A DNA stretch of 64,000 nucleotides, from the NCBI GenBank assembly GCA_965235115.1, contig OZ249445.1:17298001-17362000 (forward strand). Reading direction: 5' to 3'. Position numbers and translations under genes: made by a program. Within the stretch, counting starts at the first letter, position 1. The number at the start of each line of letters is the position of its first letter. This document shows positions 34,830-48,200 of the stretch, one piece after another. Source of the DNA: Laetmonice hystrix. Its lineage: Eukaryota. The notes under the pieces were generated by a model that ran no database searches, was not told where the DNA came from, and saw nothing but the letters and a program-made list of their open reading frames with translations.

Positions 34830-36443
34830 GTGGGGTGTGGGTGGGTGTGGGGGTGGAGTAGGGCCGTGTGTGGGTGTGTGCGTGTGGAGGGTGGAGTAGG
34901 GTCGTGTGTGGGTGGGTGGGTGTGGAGGGGGGAGTAGGGCCGTGTGTGGGTGGGTGGGTGGGTGCGGAGGGGGGTAGGGCCGTGTGTGGGTGGGTGTGGA
35001 GGGGGAGTAGGGCCGTGTGTGGGTGGGTGGGTGTGGAGGGGGGTAGGGCCGTGTGTGGGTGGGTGTGGAGGGGGGAGTAGGGCCGTGTGTGGGTGTGTGG
35101 GTGTGTGGGTGTGGGGGTGGAGTAGGGCCGTGTGTGGGTGGGTGTGGAGGGGGAGTAGGGCCGTGTGGGGGTGGGTGGGTGTGCGGGTGGAGTAGGGCCG
35201 TGTGTGGGCAGGTGGGTGGGTGTGGAGTAGGGTCGTGTGTGGGTGGGTGGGTGTGGAGTAGGGTCGTGTGTGGGTGGGTGGGTGTTGGGTGGAGTAGGGT
35301 CGTGTGTGGGTGGGTGGGTGTGGGGGTGGAGTAGGGCCGTATGTGGGTGGCTGGGTGTGGGTGGCGAGTAGGGCCGTGTGTGGGTGTGTGGGTGGGTGGG
35401 TGGGGGGGAGTAGAGCCGTGTGTGGGTGGGTGGGGGTGGGGGTGGAGTAGGGCCGTTTGTGGGTGGGTGGGTGTGGGGGTGGGGTAGGGCCGTGTGTGGA
35501 TGGGTGGGTGTGGGTAGGAGTAGGGCCGTGTGTGGGGGGGGGGTGGGTGTGGAGGGGGAGTAGGGCCGTGTGTGGGTGTGTGGGTGGGGTGGAGTAGGGC
35601 CGTGTGTGGGGGGGGGGTGGGTGTGGGGGGGGAGTAGGGCCGTGTGGGGGTGGGTGAGTGTGGGGGTGGAGTAGGGCCGTGTGTGGGTGGGTGGGTGTGG
35701 GGGTGGAGTAGGGCCGTGTGTGGGCAGGTGGGTGGGTGTGGAGTAGGGTCGTGTGTGTGTGGGTGGGTGTGGGGGTGGAGTAGGGCCGTGTGTGGGTGGG
35801 TGAGTGTGGGGGTGGAGTAGGGCCGTGTGTGGGTGGGTCAGTGTGGGGGTGGAGTAGGGCCGTGTGTGGGTGGCTGGGTGTGGGGGGGGGAGTAGGGCCG
35901 TGTGTGTGTGTGTGGGTGGGGGGGCGTAGAGCCGTGTGTGGGTGGGTGGGGGTGGAGTAGGGCCGTGTGTGGGTGGGTGGGGGTGGAGTAGGGCCGTGTG
36001 TGGGTGGGTGGGTGTGGGGGGGGAGTAGGGCCGTGTGTGGGTGGGTGGGTGTGGGGGGGAGTAGGGCCGTGTGTGGGTGGGTGGGTGTGGGGGGGGAGTA
36101 GGGCCGTGTGTGGGTGGGTGAGTGTGTGGGTGGAGTAGGGCCGTGGGTGGGTGGGTGGGTGTGGAGGGGGAGTAGGGCCGTGTGTGGGTGGGTGGGTGTG
36201 GAGGGGGAGTAGGGCCGTGGGTGGGTGGGTGGGTGTGGAGGGGGAGTAGGGCCGTGGGTGGGTGGGTGGGTGTGGAGGGGGGGTAGGGCCGTGTGTGGGT
36301 GGGTGGGTGTGGAGGGGGGGTAGGGCCGTGTGTGGGTGGGTGGGTGTGGAGGGGGGGTAGGGCCGTGTGTGGGTGGGTGGGTGTGGAGGGGGAGTAGGGC
36401 CGTGTGTGGGTGGGTGGGTGTGGGATGGGGTAGTGGGTGGTGG
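34830..36443. repeat. G-rich degenerate minisatellite (~30-40 bp units, core GGAGTAGGGCCGTGTGTGGG)
   Basis: Roughly 45 imperfect units with G-tracts all on the plus strand; source of the 544/551-aa P/H/T low-complexity ORFs. Confidence 0.95.
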
Positions 36444-36749
36444 TAAGCCACACGGCAAAAGTCCCTTATTCTTCCATTTTCATCAGGACAAGCGCGATGA
36501 ACGCCAACTTAACACGAGGAAAACCAACACCACTCATTCCATGTCAATCAGCCTAAAAACGTGATGAGTCTTCATCAAGGGTTGAATATCGCCTCCTGAG
36601 GGATTCAAATTACCTTAGAATTTTATCACACAATTTGTTCCCAAAAAAAGCTTGGAATAAAAACATAAAGACATTTCCTTCTGTGGAATTCGAGTTAAGA
36701 AATCTCCTGTAGACCAATCGAAATGATAATAACGTTAAGTATGCTTCTA

Positions 36750-37345
36750 CAGAGTGTCTCAAAAAAATGGTAATCCAAAAACAAAGGGCTTTTGTGACCA
36801 GCTATAGGTAAATTTAGAGAAGATAAAGGGCTGAATCATAAAGTATGGTTCATGAGCTTTCCAGTGACACCATCCTGACCTTCCTGTGGTCGCGCATTGC
36901 CGAACTGTGGGGTTTTAAAAGGCAAAGGTTGCAGCGACGAAGCATGTCGTGAACAGCTCTTCTAACCTCCAGAGAGGGGGTGGACATGTTGAAGGGGTTG
37001 GTCCGTGAATGATGGTGCAAGATTGTACCCGCATCAAATCTGGTTTACGTAAAACTGGCACGCCTATGGCTGTTACATGTTCTGTAAATAAAATCTCTGA
37101 CGAATCTTTGGCGTTGTTTTGGTGTCAATTTGAACCATATCCCAAGTTGTAAATTTTGGATTCTGATGTCCCATTTTTAAAACTCCACAGTTCGGCAATG
37201 CGCGACCACAGGAAGGTCAGGATGGTGTCACTGGAAAGCTCATGAACAGTACTTTATGATTCAGCCATTTATCTTCTCTAAATTTACCTATAGCTGGTCA
37301 CAAAAGCCCTTTGTTTTTGGATTACCAATTTTTTGAGACACCCTG
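36750..37345. mobile_element. Tc1/mariner-type MITE with ~170-bp inverted arms
   Basis: TA|CAGAGTGTCTCAAAAAA at the left end and TTTTTTGAGACACCCTG at the right (right TA not intact); arms align as reverse complements. Confidence 0.85.
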
Positions 37346-37499
37346 GAAGCTGTTGCTGAATATATATGTAATACTACTTTATGCGCATAGTGATTGGTAC
37401 TCTACGCTACTGCTTGAAACACTAAAGCAATCCACCCCTGTGGGATTGCTCAGTAGTACTGCTAAGGTAAAACGCTTCTAAAGTGGAGAACCCTGAAGA

Positions 37500-38080
37500 G
37501 TTTTCATGACATTGGTGCTGACATGACCCTAAGTGGTTGCGATCCCGGTCACTTTGGTTGGGAACTTCCCGGGTTTCATGTAGACATAGCCATTAAATAA
37601 TGTACGGTGGTCTGATAGAGTCGGTCCAAGCGTGTGTTAGATCAATTAGGTTGTACATCCGGCCACTGTATTGAACTGACAGTCTTTCAGGAGTTCCAAC
37701 TCCGGCCTGCAGCACTGGGAGCCTCTGATATTCATGGCTCATACATATACTTGAGACAAAACATCAATTTGACAGGAGGGCTATGGGGGTGTTGCGGCTA
37801 TTAAATTCTTATCGTTGTTCTTTTGGGGTATTTCAGGGTGAAGCTCTGTTGATTGCTCTCCCCAATAGGATTAATATTCGCGAAGATTAAGGGGGAGATT
37901 ATTCCCTAGTATTTGCGGATTCTGCCCTAAACCTGAGCAGTGGAGGTGGGCAGGAAGTAACCCGCTGTCCCCGTCCCGTCGGTACCCATTAACCGTCAAT
38001 ATGAGTAGTATAAGGAAATGTCCCGCTGTGTCAGGAACCAAGGCGGTCCCTGGACCCGGCCGTTCATTATACACTCAGTG
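37500..38080 (-). mobile_element. Possible highly decayed LINE endonuclease (APE) remnant
   Basis: Stop-interrupted minus translation ..ELELLKDCQFNTVAGCTT*LI*HTLGPTLSDHRTLFNGYVYMKPGKFPTKVT.. contains the SDH motif that ends APE domains; weak. Confidence 0.3.
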
Positions 38081-38394
38081 GTCTCTTTGTCAGACCAGTG
38101 GCAGTAAGACGTAAACATTGACCCGTGCCCGTAATAGCAGAGCATGGACACCAATACAAAGATTATCTAGGAATTAGCAGGATTATCCTAATGTTTTATA
38201 TATACCGGTAATAAGAATGTGTCAGGTACACTTAACCATTGACATGCAATGCTGAAAGGAATTAATGATGAATGAAGGATCGCTTCCTTAATCCAACACA
38301 CTTCTTACTCAAACTAAATCTCCGAGTAAATACAACATTTCCCCCATTTAACCTGATCAAGAGGGGCGATTCACTCCATTAGCAAGATGGACTT

Positions 38395-39141
38395 GCTGTG
38401 ATTGTGTGAGAACACACCACTGCTGTCGGTCCTCAGTGGCTGTGATTGTGTGAGAACACACCATTGCTGTCGGTCCTCAGTGGCTGTGATTGTGTGAGAA
38501 CACCCCATTGCTGTCGGTCCTCAGTGGCTGTGATTGTGTGAGAACACACCATTGCTGTCGGTCCTCAGTGGCTGTGATTGTGTGAGAACACCCCATTGCT
38601 GTCGGTCCTCAGTGGCTGTGATTGTGTGAGAACACACCATTGCTGTCGGTCCTCAGTGGCTGTGATTGTGTGAGAACACCCCATTGCTGTCGGTCCTCAG
38701 TGGCTGTGATTGTGTGAGAACACACCATTGCTGTCGGTCCTCAGTGGCTGTGATTGTGTGAGAACACACCATTGCTGTCGGTCCTCAGTGGCTGTGATTG
38801 TGTGAGAACACACCATTGCTGTCGGTCCTCAGTGGCTGTGATTGTGTGAGAACACACCATTGCTGTCGGTCCTCAGTGGCTGTGATTGTGTGAGAACACA
38901 CCATTGTTGTCGGTCCTCAGTGGCTGTGATTGTGTGAGAACACACCATTGCTGTCGGTCCTCAGTGGCTGTGATTGTGTGAGAACACACCATTGTTGTCG
39001 GTCCTCAGTGGCTGTGATTGTGTGAGAACACACCATTGCTGTCGGTCCTCAGTGGCTGTGATTGTGTGAGAACACACCATTGCTGTCGGTCCTCAGTGGC
39101 TGTGATTGTGTGAGAACACCCCATTGCTGTCGGTCCTCAGT
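38395..39141. repeat. 44-bp minisatellite, ~17 copies
   Basis: Unit gctgtgattgtgtgagaacacaccattgctgtcggtcctcagtg. Confidence 0.97.
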
Positions 39142-39249
39142 GCAGACATATTCAGACCGGTTCTGCCAAGTGAAGAATTAATCTCCACAAGTAATCCATT
39201 CACACCTCCACCCGGTGTTTGATCAATATGTATTGTTCTCTTCCCTCAG

Positions 39250-42200
39250 ATGGCTCGAACTTCAACGATGGTGATCTTAGCGGCAGTGACCATCTTGTAC
39301 TTTGTCATCTGTACCTCAGCCATCAGCCCACGTACGTATTGACTGACCGCCCACAGACGACATCACGACCACCATTCACCATTCTCTCATTGCAACATTC
39401 TCTATGGGAAGGGATTATTCTTACTTCATGGCGGCTTCCAACAATTCGCCCTCGGCCATTACCGAGCCGTGATGGCCTGCACCGGCTCGGAGCAAGGAAT
39501 GGCTAGCTTTGATATAGCGCGTTCTCTGACGTTATAATGTACAGTCATATACATCAAACGAGACGCCCTCTCTGAAGGAGCAGCTGTCATTTCAAACGGA
39601 TGAAATTGTCCGAAAGGGGTCGTTCTGAGCGAGCAAGAGGAGGGAGGGAGGGAGGGAGGGAGGGAAAAGAAGAGAGAGAGACATACAGCGAGACAGGGAG
39701 TCAGAGAGAGAAAGACATACAGCGAGACATACAGCGAGACAGGGAGACAGAGAGAGAGACATACAGCGAGACATACAGCGAGACAGGGAGACAGAGAGAG
39801 AGACATACAGCGAGACAGGGAGACAGAGAGAGAGAGAGAGACATACAGCGAGACATACAGCGAGACATACAGCGAGACAGAGAGAGAGAGACATAAAGCG
39901 AGACAGGGAGACAGGGAGTAGAGAACCCCCATACATCAGAGTTCAAGTACGAAGTATAATGGGCCATTCAAACAGAATTAGTGATACAGTGGTCCCCCTC
40001 ATAAGCGACCACCCCTGCTGCATAGAGAAAGTGGTCGCTAGTGGCGGGTGGTCGCCTAAACGAGGGGTCGTTAAGTACACATGGTTACCACCAGGTGGCT
40101 ACATGTCAGATAACTACACACAGTTAACACTAGGTGGCGACTTCCCAGTTAGAGGGAGGGGACAAAGAGGGGGGCACGTATGGAGTTATTCTTGCCAAAT
40201 AACCCCCCCACATGACAACATGACAGTTTCAGTTCAGAGAGACAAAAAATATTTAATTTTCCTTAAAGAAAGACTCTAGTCTTGTCTGTTTCATTTCATT
40301 TAGGGCTTTTCTAGACTCTTCTTTAAAGCAAGTCTTGCAGTTTGTAATGCAGTCCAGCATCTGAGTATTCTGCTGTTGCAGAGCAAAGTCTAAAATATGA
40401 CACGGTTTCAGTTCAGAGAGACAAAAAATATTTAATTTTATTTTTAAAAAACCAGTCTTCTCTGTTTCATTTCATTTACGGCTTTTCTAGACTCTTCTTT
40501 TAGCATGCCGTTTTTTCAACAGGCATGGTAGTAGGAGGGGGAGCTTTAGGGTTTAGCTTAATGTGTGATGGAAGCCTGGCGGGGAAGGTGAGAGACTGGG
40601 CCTAGCAGCCGTGGTGGGGCCGTGTGACGGGCGGGCAAGGTGAGACACGTGGCCGGCCATGGTGGGGTGGGGGTGGGGGGGGGGGCGGTTGGGCCGTGTG
40701 ACGGGCGGGCAAGGTGAGACACGTGGCCGGCCATGGTGGGATGGAAGTGGGTGGGGGGGGGGCGGTGTTGGTGTTGGGTCGGCAGGATGCCAGGCAGGCG
40801 GGCATGGGGAGACAACAGTGTTATGACTAGGCAAGGCTGATTCTCAAAGGCTGGTCGCTGATAAGGGGTGACCAGTGGAGTTGATGCAGGGATATGCCGG
40901 TCGCTGGTCGTTAGTGGCGGGTGGTCGCTTATAAGGGTGGAATTATAGTGTGAAGTGGTTAATGCAGTGGAAATGTGGTCGCTAGAGGCGGGTGGTCGCT
41001 TATAGGGGGTGGTCTTTAACAGGGGGACCACTGTATTTACATTAATTATCTTCGTTATTTCCTATTGTACCCCCAATGTAGTATGCGCATACCTTTCAGA
41101 TGTTTACATAGGTAACCAAGGTAATATTAATAATATATTACCAACACTACCTTAAACATATGTTATTAATATTATGAGCCTTCAGTGACGTAATGGAAGT
41201 CAAAGTCGCTTAGGAACAGATTTCTGCAGAACGCGCCAGTTTGAACTGGTGTCTACACGGTAACGTCGCTAAGAAGGGATTGTAGTATTTTTGTTTTCTA
41301 ACCTTGCATGGAACATTTAGACAATAGTTTTTACACTGCGTACCTCCATATGGTGTGAGGAACGGAATGAGGAATAGTAGACTTATAATCCGTCATAGTC
41401 AGGTCTTGATAATGATGTCGGTGTCGTATAGTCACCACTCCAGCCATTGGTAAGGTCATGCCCCCTTCCGAAACCCAATTATTTAGTAGAAGAACACTAT
41501 GGTATGCGCGTTCATATCCTCATAGAACCAATATCCTGAGAGCTAGCTCACGCACCTTACTATGACTTCTTACCTTTTGCTATCAGGTTGAGCAATTTCA
41601 CACCGTTTTTAATCTAGACCCTATTACGGTTTTGTTAAGCAGAGATTGGTTTGATTTGCCACATTCAGTGTCATATACTGTAGTCAAGATTTTGTCATTA
41701 TCCCAAATGTTTCGCTGACACTGGAATCCACGGAAAATCCCCCCGGCATTATTAGTTCCAGCAATCTCGTCCCCGGCACACTTCCCAAAATAACCAACAC
41801 ACTTCACAATATAGGCATTGTGATTATATATAACTGCTCCTTTTGCACCGACTGCGGGACACGTATAAACTCCCACATAAATCTATAGAGCGCTTGATTG
41901 GAACAAGTCTTTAGAGATTATCTGAAGGTGAAGAGCAGCTTTAACGAAATCTTTAGCGGTAATCCATAGTTAGTTTTTACATATATCACTAAAGGTACTT
42001 CAGCAAACTAAATGCTGCGGCCTATATAGAGAAAGCCTGCAGATTACAAGGTTTAGGTCTGGGAACATCCTGCACCTGGACCCAGTCTTTACCCACCTAA
42101 TTATCTACTTCAGTAAGTAAATCAACCCAGCTTTGTGCAGCATGGAAGGCGTCTGTGCCGGCATACATAGCATGCATGCAGGCCGGGTTCACTGAGATAC

Positions 42201-45200
42201 CATCTACGCTCTATACTCAGACATCTATAATCAAAGCCCTACTAACACATTAAAATGCTGTATGTACCGGTAACTTCACCATCCAATCTTAATGTTTCAT
42301 CAATCAAAGCCCTACTAACACATTAAAATGCTGTATGTACCGGTAACTTCACCATCCAATCTTAATGTTTCATCAATCAAAGCCCTACTAACACATTAAA
42401 ATGCTGTATGTACCGGTAACTTCACCATCCAATCTTAATGTTTCATCAATCAAAGCCCTACTAACACATTAAAATGCTGTATGTACCGGTAACTTCACCA
42501 TCCAATCTTAATGTTTCATCAATCAAAGCCCTACTAACACATTAAAATGCTGTATGTACCGGTAACTTCACCATCCAATCTTAATGTTTCATCAATCAAA
42601 GCCCTACTAACACATTAAAATGATGTATGTACCGGTAACTTCACCATCCAATCTTAATGTTTCATCAATCAAAGCCCTACTAACACATTAAAATGCTTTA
42701 TGTACCGGTAACTTCACCATCCAATCTTAATGTTTCATCAATCAAAGCCCTACTAACACATTAAAATGCTGTATGTACCGGTAACTTCACCATCCAATCT
42801 TAATGTTTCATCAATCAAAGTCCTACTAACACATTAAAATGCTGTATGTACCGGTAACTTCACCATCCAATCTTAATGTTTCATCAATCAAAGCCCTACT
42901 AACACATTAAAATGCTGTAGGTACCGGTAACTTCACCATCCAATCTTAATGTTTCATCAATCAAAGCCCTACTAACACATTAAAATGCTGTATGTACCGG
43001 TAACTTCACCATCCAATCTTAATGTTTCATCAATCAAAGCCCTACTAACACATTAAAATGCTGTATGTACCGGTAACTTCACCATCCAATCTTAATGTTT
43101 CATCAATCAAAGCCCTACTAACACATTAAAATGCTGTATGTACCGGTAACTTCACCATCCAATCTTAATGTTTCATCAATCAAAGCCCTACTAACACATT
43201 AAAATGCTGTATGTACCGGTAACTTCACCATCCAATCTTAATGTTTCATCAATCAAAGCCCTACTAACACATTAAAATGCTGTATGTACCGGTAACTTCA
43301 CCATCCAATCTTAATGTTTCATCAATCAAACCCCTACTAACACATTAAAATGCTGTCCATATACGTAATGTACCACCGGAAGCTCTTAAAGTCGTCCTCC
43401 CGTGTAGCGAAGCGATGACAGTAAGAGAGGGTGGATGTTTTATTTAACCATCTAATGACGATTGGTGGGGTCGGAGTGTGGTAAGGGAGGGCCAATCTCT
43501 CGTCTGCCAGTGTTGCAACTAGACGATCTGTTGAGAATCATGCGACATCGCGAGACCCAAACCACGGCTCGGTGTCAGCGAAGTTTTGCCCTTTCGGAGA
43601 CATTGGCGTTGGCCGAACTGATTGCTGCACGAACTACTTCGGGACGCCATTGTCATGTGGTGACGATGACAAACGAATGATTGTGGACAAACTTTGGTTC
43701 AGGAACAGTTGCCATAAAGAAGTTACCAGAATTAAGCGAATATTTCTTAATTTTATGTTTCTTAATTTAGCGCATTTGCTTCCAAGGGTCCTCTGGAAGG
43801 ATGAACTGGCATGTAAACATTGTTCTTTCTAATAATCCTCCTCTTGGAGCCAGTGCATTGAAGGTTTCTTCCCAAACACAATCTGGTGAAAGTTAACCAG
43901 AGTTACAGAAAAGAGGCTGTTGTCTTGGATGAATGATTAAAGAGGAAGACCGAAAAGAAAAAATTGGGTAAAATAGCAGCGCTAAAATATAGGAGTCAAT
44001 CTCTGTTTCCTGTGTTTATGCTTATATTATGCCATAATCTCACATACAATTTCTCGCCGCTACGTTACTTAGCATAATCATATCATTGCTTCATGTGTTG
44101 ATGAAGAAAACATGCACTAATTCCGCTATAACTCTAATAAAACTATGGAATATTTACTCATCCTGATGGCTTGTTTACATGTCAATCTTGGTTCTGTTCC
44201 TACTTTGTTACCTCACACGGTTGAGAGCAAGCTTGTCGTTGAAAGAACACGTCGGTTGTACCCAGCCCAACTGTTGGCGGCCTGGTCTGTGTTTTGGTCG
44301 TGGATACATAATTACACCCGATCGGTTGTTGTCATTGAACAGGTTAGATCAACAAGCTCGACATCTAATATCCTTTCTCTTGGACGCTGACGTGTAGGAG
44401 AGCTCATGCATTTAACAGTCAATACACCTAAACGGGCACTCATTGTCATAGTGACAGCACATGTGCGCGTGCAGTGGATGGTTTTATTGGCAGTAGAGTT
44501 TACACATTTCACACGTATTTGCCTCCCTTGGGGTTACTAGTACGCCCCTAATTGAGTTTGGGGGATTTAGTACATATTGTTTTCTGGAGAATCGTTCTAC
44601 CAGATTCTGTGGACATATATGCCATGTCTCCATCATTGCAATAGATATATTTTCTACAAAAATGCCTTTTGTTTCCAGGTTTAATCAAGAATACTGCCAA
44701 TTATCAATAGGATGATAATTTTCTTCAGCGTCATTTCACCTCATTGAAATGCCATGCCAAGCGATGGAATGGTAGTCTTTCTTTTGACCAAGCCTTGGAA
44801 GGCCTTCTCAAGAAGTAGTTTTCTCATGAAAAATGATGTAATAACCTTATCATTGGTTTAAATGTAATTTCGACGAACTATGTCAACATCCGGAGGGAAA
44901 TTAGATTCCTAGTAAATATTTTTGACAGTTTCTTACGAAATGTCTCGTAAAGAGTGATTACGTTGGAGTGATGGATTACTAAGGGGCAGCTTCCCCTTTT
45001 TTACGGAATCTTGACTGGAAGCGCTCTGACTTCGTTCATGGTGAATCTTGACTGGAAGTGTTCTGACTTCGTTCATGGTGAATCTTGACTGGAAGTGTTC
45101 TGACTTCGTTCATCGTGAATCTTGACTGGAAATGCTCTGACTTCGTTCATAGTGAGTCTTGACTGGAAGTGTTCTGACTTCGTTCATCGTGAATCTTGAC

Positions 45201-48200
45201 TGGAAATGCTCTGACTTCGTTCATCGTGAATCTTGACTGGAAGTGTTCTGACTTCGTTCATCGTGAATCTTGACTGGAAGTGTTCTGACTTCGTTCATCG
45301 TGAATCTTGACTGGAAGTGTTCTGACTTCGTTCATCGTGAATCTTGACTGGAAGTGTTCTGACTTCGTTCATCGTGAATCTTGACTGGAAGTGTTCTGAC
45401 TTCGTTCATAGTGAATCTTGACTGGAAGTGTTCTGACTTCGTTCATCGTGAATCTTGACTGGAAGTGTTCTGACTTCGTTCATCGTGAATCTTGACTGGT
45501 GAGAGTGTTCTGACTTCGTTATTCTTGAATCTTGACTGGTGGGAGTGTTCTGACTTCGTTATTCTTGAATCTTGACTGGTGGGAGTGTTCTGACTTAGTT
45601 TATAGTGAAAGAATCTTGACTGGTGGAAGTGTTCTGATTCATTCAGCCACGATCCTCTCATGGCGCAATGGCAAACAATGTGTCCGGGTTAGAGTGTCAC
45701 TAAAATGTAGTGTCGTACTCGGTACTAATTGAGTCAGGACCCAATTCTCCTGACCACATAGTACACTAACACTGAGGCTGCCCGACACTCCCCGCCGGCA
45801 CTGACACACACCAGAGTGGCGCTAATCACTTCACTCCAATCTTAAAGGGACGCGATGGAATCCGTGAGGATTCTCCACTGACGCCACCACCACCAGGTGT
45901 GCTATCTTTATAATGTCGCCTTGTTAGCCACACACCGGGGGGGCGACTTGAACCAATTAGCTATCTCACAGGCGCCATTAGGGGAATTGGCCGTTTGATG
46001 GAGTCTCAGCCATTCGATGGGGTCACGCTGACTTAAGGCGGTCTATACGTATCGTGAAAGCCATTGGGGAATGGAATTAATTAAAAACGCCCAAAGTGGC
46101 ATTTAGTAACCAACGGATATAGTGGGGTCATTATTTGAAGTGATGTGATTTTTATGTAGGAAGACCAAAGATTTTATTTTTTGAAATTGGTCTTGTCCTA
46201 TCTCATTTGTTTGCTTCTAGTCATGTGCCATTTCGTCCAAATATATTGCCTCGTATAACTCTGCAGGGTTCCACACCTGACAATGTCGGATAGGTTAGGT
46301 CTATTCGGATAACTTTTCTCCTACGGTTCCTACAAGGGCATGGATGGAACAAGTGTGAAAAATGGGGGAATGAGGACCTAATTAATATCTAAGGTACCAG
46401 GATCCTGGCAGTAGGCATGATGCAAGGGTCCATGAACGTGGACGGTTGCAACAATCGTCTCGTTTCGAGACACCCAGCGGCGCTCAATAGCTATGATCAT
46501 GTGAGTGATGGCAACATTAAATATGCATAGGTCTAAATGCAGTCTACCAGGAAGGTGGCAATCATCAGGATTTTATATACCAGCACTGATTAATTCTGAT
46601 CACCCTGGAGAGAGAGAACAAAAGATAGCGCCTTCCTATTAACAACCTCCAGGGTGTGTAGGCATCAGTATCAGTAGAAGTATCATCAAATGGATGAAGT
46701 TCCCCCTGATACATGGCTTTAGGACGGTTTTAATGAAAGCTTTAAATATTAAATGTCTTCGTTTTAAAATGACTGATTGCAAGTTTTATTATGGAATATT
46801 GTCGTGTACTACTTGATGTTGGTCAGAGTTTTTATTGCCCTATCTACTGAAAAGATAAAAACTTGTCACTCATTATCTACACTTACTTACTGGGTCATAT
46901 TATAGCAAAGATAAAAACTTGTCACTCCTTATCTACACTAACTTACTGGGTCATATTATAGCAAAGATAAAAACTTGTCACTCATTATCTACACTAACTT
47001 ACTTGGTCATATTATAGCAAAGATAAAAACTTGTCACTCATTATCTACACTAACTTACTGGGTCATATTATAGCAAAGATAAAAACTTGTCACTCATTAT
47101 CTACACTAACTTACTTGGTCATATTATAGCAAAGATAAAAACTTGTCACTCATTATCTACACTAACTTACTGGGTCATATTATAGCAAAGATAAAAACTT
47201 GTCACTCATTATCTACACTAACTTACTTGGTCATATTATAGCAAAGATAAAAACTTGTCACTCATTATCTACACTAACTTACTGGGTCATATTATAGCAA
47301 AGATAAAAACTTGTCATTCATTATCTACACTAACTTACTTGATCATATTATAGCAAAGATAAAAACTTGTCACTCATTATCTACACTAACTTACTGGGTC
47401 ATATTATAGCAAGACTTATATACTGTGTAAAGTCTATACCTTAAAGCGGAGGTAAAATACCTTAACAGAATAATAATGCCTCTACCCGTATGAAATCGAC
47501 ATTTTGGAAGTTCTTCAATATTTTTACCTCCACCTTAACAATTTTTGGAGAAAATATGTAATAAAGCCACTATATATGTTTTCTAATGTCAATATATTAA
47601 GTGCTTGCAAAAATAGTTTTTACTATCTTCACATTGCTCGTCAGAAATAATTATGTTGTGTTTGCCCTTCTGTCAATCTTTTTCAGCTGAAGAAAGCAAG
47701 ATGGCAGAGTTTTACGATTGGTTGGCTAGGAACTACAAGAGCTACATGGACAGTTTGGATCGGGAAGCCGACAAACGTGCAATACCTTGGCAGTTCAAGT
47801 AAGTGGGCAATTTAATCGAACTTACTTAGTGGAACATTTCGTAGATATGACGCAAATTATTGGCTAATCCGAGCACCAAAGGTACAACAGAAGTCGTTCT
47901 CAATTCTTCGATCAATACAAATATAGCCAGAGGTTATACGAAGATTGTTAACCACAAGATTGTTCACCCAAGCCAGATTAGTCTAGACAAGAAGGCTCAT
48001 GGCGCACAGATTGAAGGCAAGCCATATGAGAATTTGATTAGGCTATCAGATATTGATTTCTCCACCGGCACTTATTTTTGACCATTCAGGACTGGGTAAT
48101 TCCCATTATCATGGGCGTAATGTTTTGAAAGAAAAGGGCAAACGCAATACGAGACATTAATGGAAATTACAAGGTAGATAGCAGTTGTTCTAGAAGGTCG

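Noticed and set aside
34798-36453. 551-aa and 544-aa Pro/His/Thr-rich ORFs
   Set aside because: They are translations of the C-rich strand of a G-rich minisatellite, open in several frames at once, with no unique sequence.
38395-39141. CRISPR-like appearance of the regular arrays (also 42229, 45006, 46851, 54996)
   Set aside because: Units are head-to-tail with no unique spacers, no cas genes are present and the context is eukaryotic; these are minisatellites.
43512-43832. Cys-containing frames in the peptide gene intron (KFCPFGDIGVGRTDCCTNYFG..)
   Set aside because: No frame gives a phase-compatible exon with a good donor, and exons 1 and 2 already join in phase without it.
42229-47413. 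Donor-like motifs in the 73-bp and 56-bp arrays as ends of minus-strand exons
   Set aside because: The sequence upstream of the first unit has stops in the relevant frames or only weak acceptors, so these were not counted as donor-amplifying cases.
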